Assembly (NCBI GenBank): GCA_040954595.2
Contig: CM082584.2
Coordinates: 12,995,166-13,059,165, forward strand
DNA length: 64,000 nt
Direction: 5' to 3'
Source of the DNA: Balanoglossus misakiensis
Taxonomy: Eukaryota > Animalia > Hemichordata
Of this stretch, positions 63,596 to 64,000 are shown piece after piece. The position numbers and the translations under genes are program-made. Under the pieces are notes generated by a model. That model saw nothing but the letters and a program-made list of their open reading frames with translations, searched no databases and was not told where the DNA came from. Position 1 is the first letter of the stretch; every line of letters begins with the position of its first letter.

Positions 63596-64000
63596 CCCAT
63601 GACAAATGTCATAAAATGACAAATAAGCAAAGTCGAAAAATTCTCATTTTTTGATGATTTTCCTGAGCTATAACCCATGGTTTTTTCAAAAAATGACCAA
63701 ATTTTGAAAATTCGCAAAGTCGAAAAATTCTCATTTTTTGATGATTTTCCTGAGCTATAACCCATGGTTTTTTCAAAAAATGACCAGATTTTCAAAATTT
63801 TCAAATTTCGCAAAGTCTAAAAATCTTCGATTTTTGACGATTTTCCTGAGCTATAACCCATGGTTTTTTCAAAAAATGACCAAATTTTCGAAATTCGCAA
63901 AGTCTAAAAATCTTCGATTTTTGACGATTTTCCTGAGCTATAACCCATGGTTTTTTCAAAAAATGACCAAATTTTCAAATTTCGCAAAGTCGAAAAATCT
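63596..64000. repeat. Satellite/minisatellite, ~87-bp unit, at least 4.5 copies, running off the window
   Basis: Unit gcaaagtcgaaaaattctcattttttgatgattttcctgagctataacccatggttttttcaaaaaatgaccaaattttgaaaattc starts at 63627, 63714, 63810, 63897 and 63984. Confidence 0.92.

Noticed and set aside
63627-64000. Regular repeats resembling a CRISPR array
   Set aside because: Units are contiguous with no unique spacers, the context is eukaryotic and there are no cas genes; this is a satellite.

Overview
Eukaryotic (metazoan, probably marine invertebrate bilaterian) genomic DNA with three spliced protein-coding genes that I reconstructed exon by exon from GT-AG boundaries and reading-frame continuity. 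(1) A minus-strand activin/inhibin-beta TGF-beta ligand (core CDS 5509-4894 and 3279-2522, 457 aa), with a probable extra upstream exon and TATA promoter near 9.3-9.7 kb. (2) A plus-strand ASNSD1 (13 coding exons, 14783-19468, 826 aa) with a long poly-Ser insert. (3) A plus-strand KANK-family gene (11 coding exons, 51365-61067, about 2004 aa), probably preceded by a ~31 kb 5' region starting near 20 kb. The window also holds a TTAA-flanked, AGGGG-terminal long-TIR MITE (6303-6911) and an ~87-bp satellite at the right edge. The most unusual signals are: a tandem array of seven ~23-aa CxxC repeats inside a long 11-12-aa periodic LC8-motif-like region of KANK; an SxIP-containing basic C-terminal KANK tail; a satellite-like monomer inside the MITE; and an isolated perfect 27-bp inverted repeat 1.36 kb apart in the KANK 5' region. 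I recognised no tRNA, rRNA, CRISPR or prokaryotic features. All gene identities come from remembered family motifs, not database searches.
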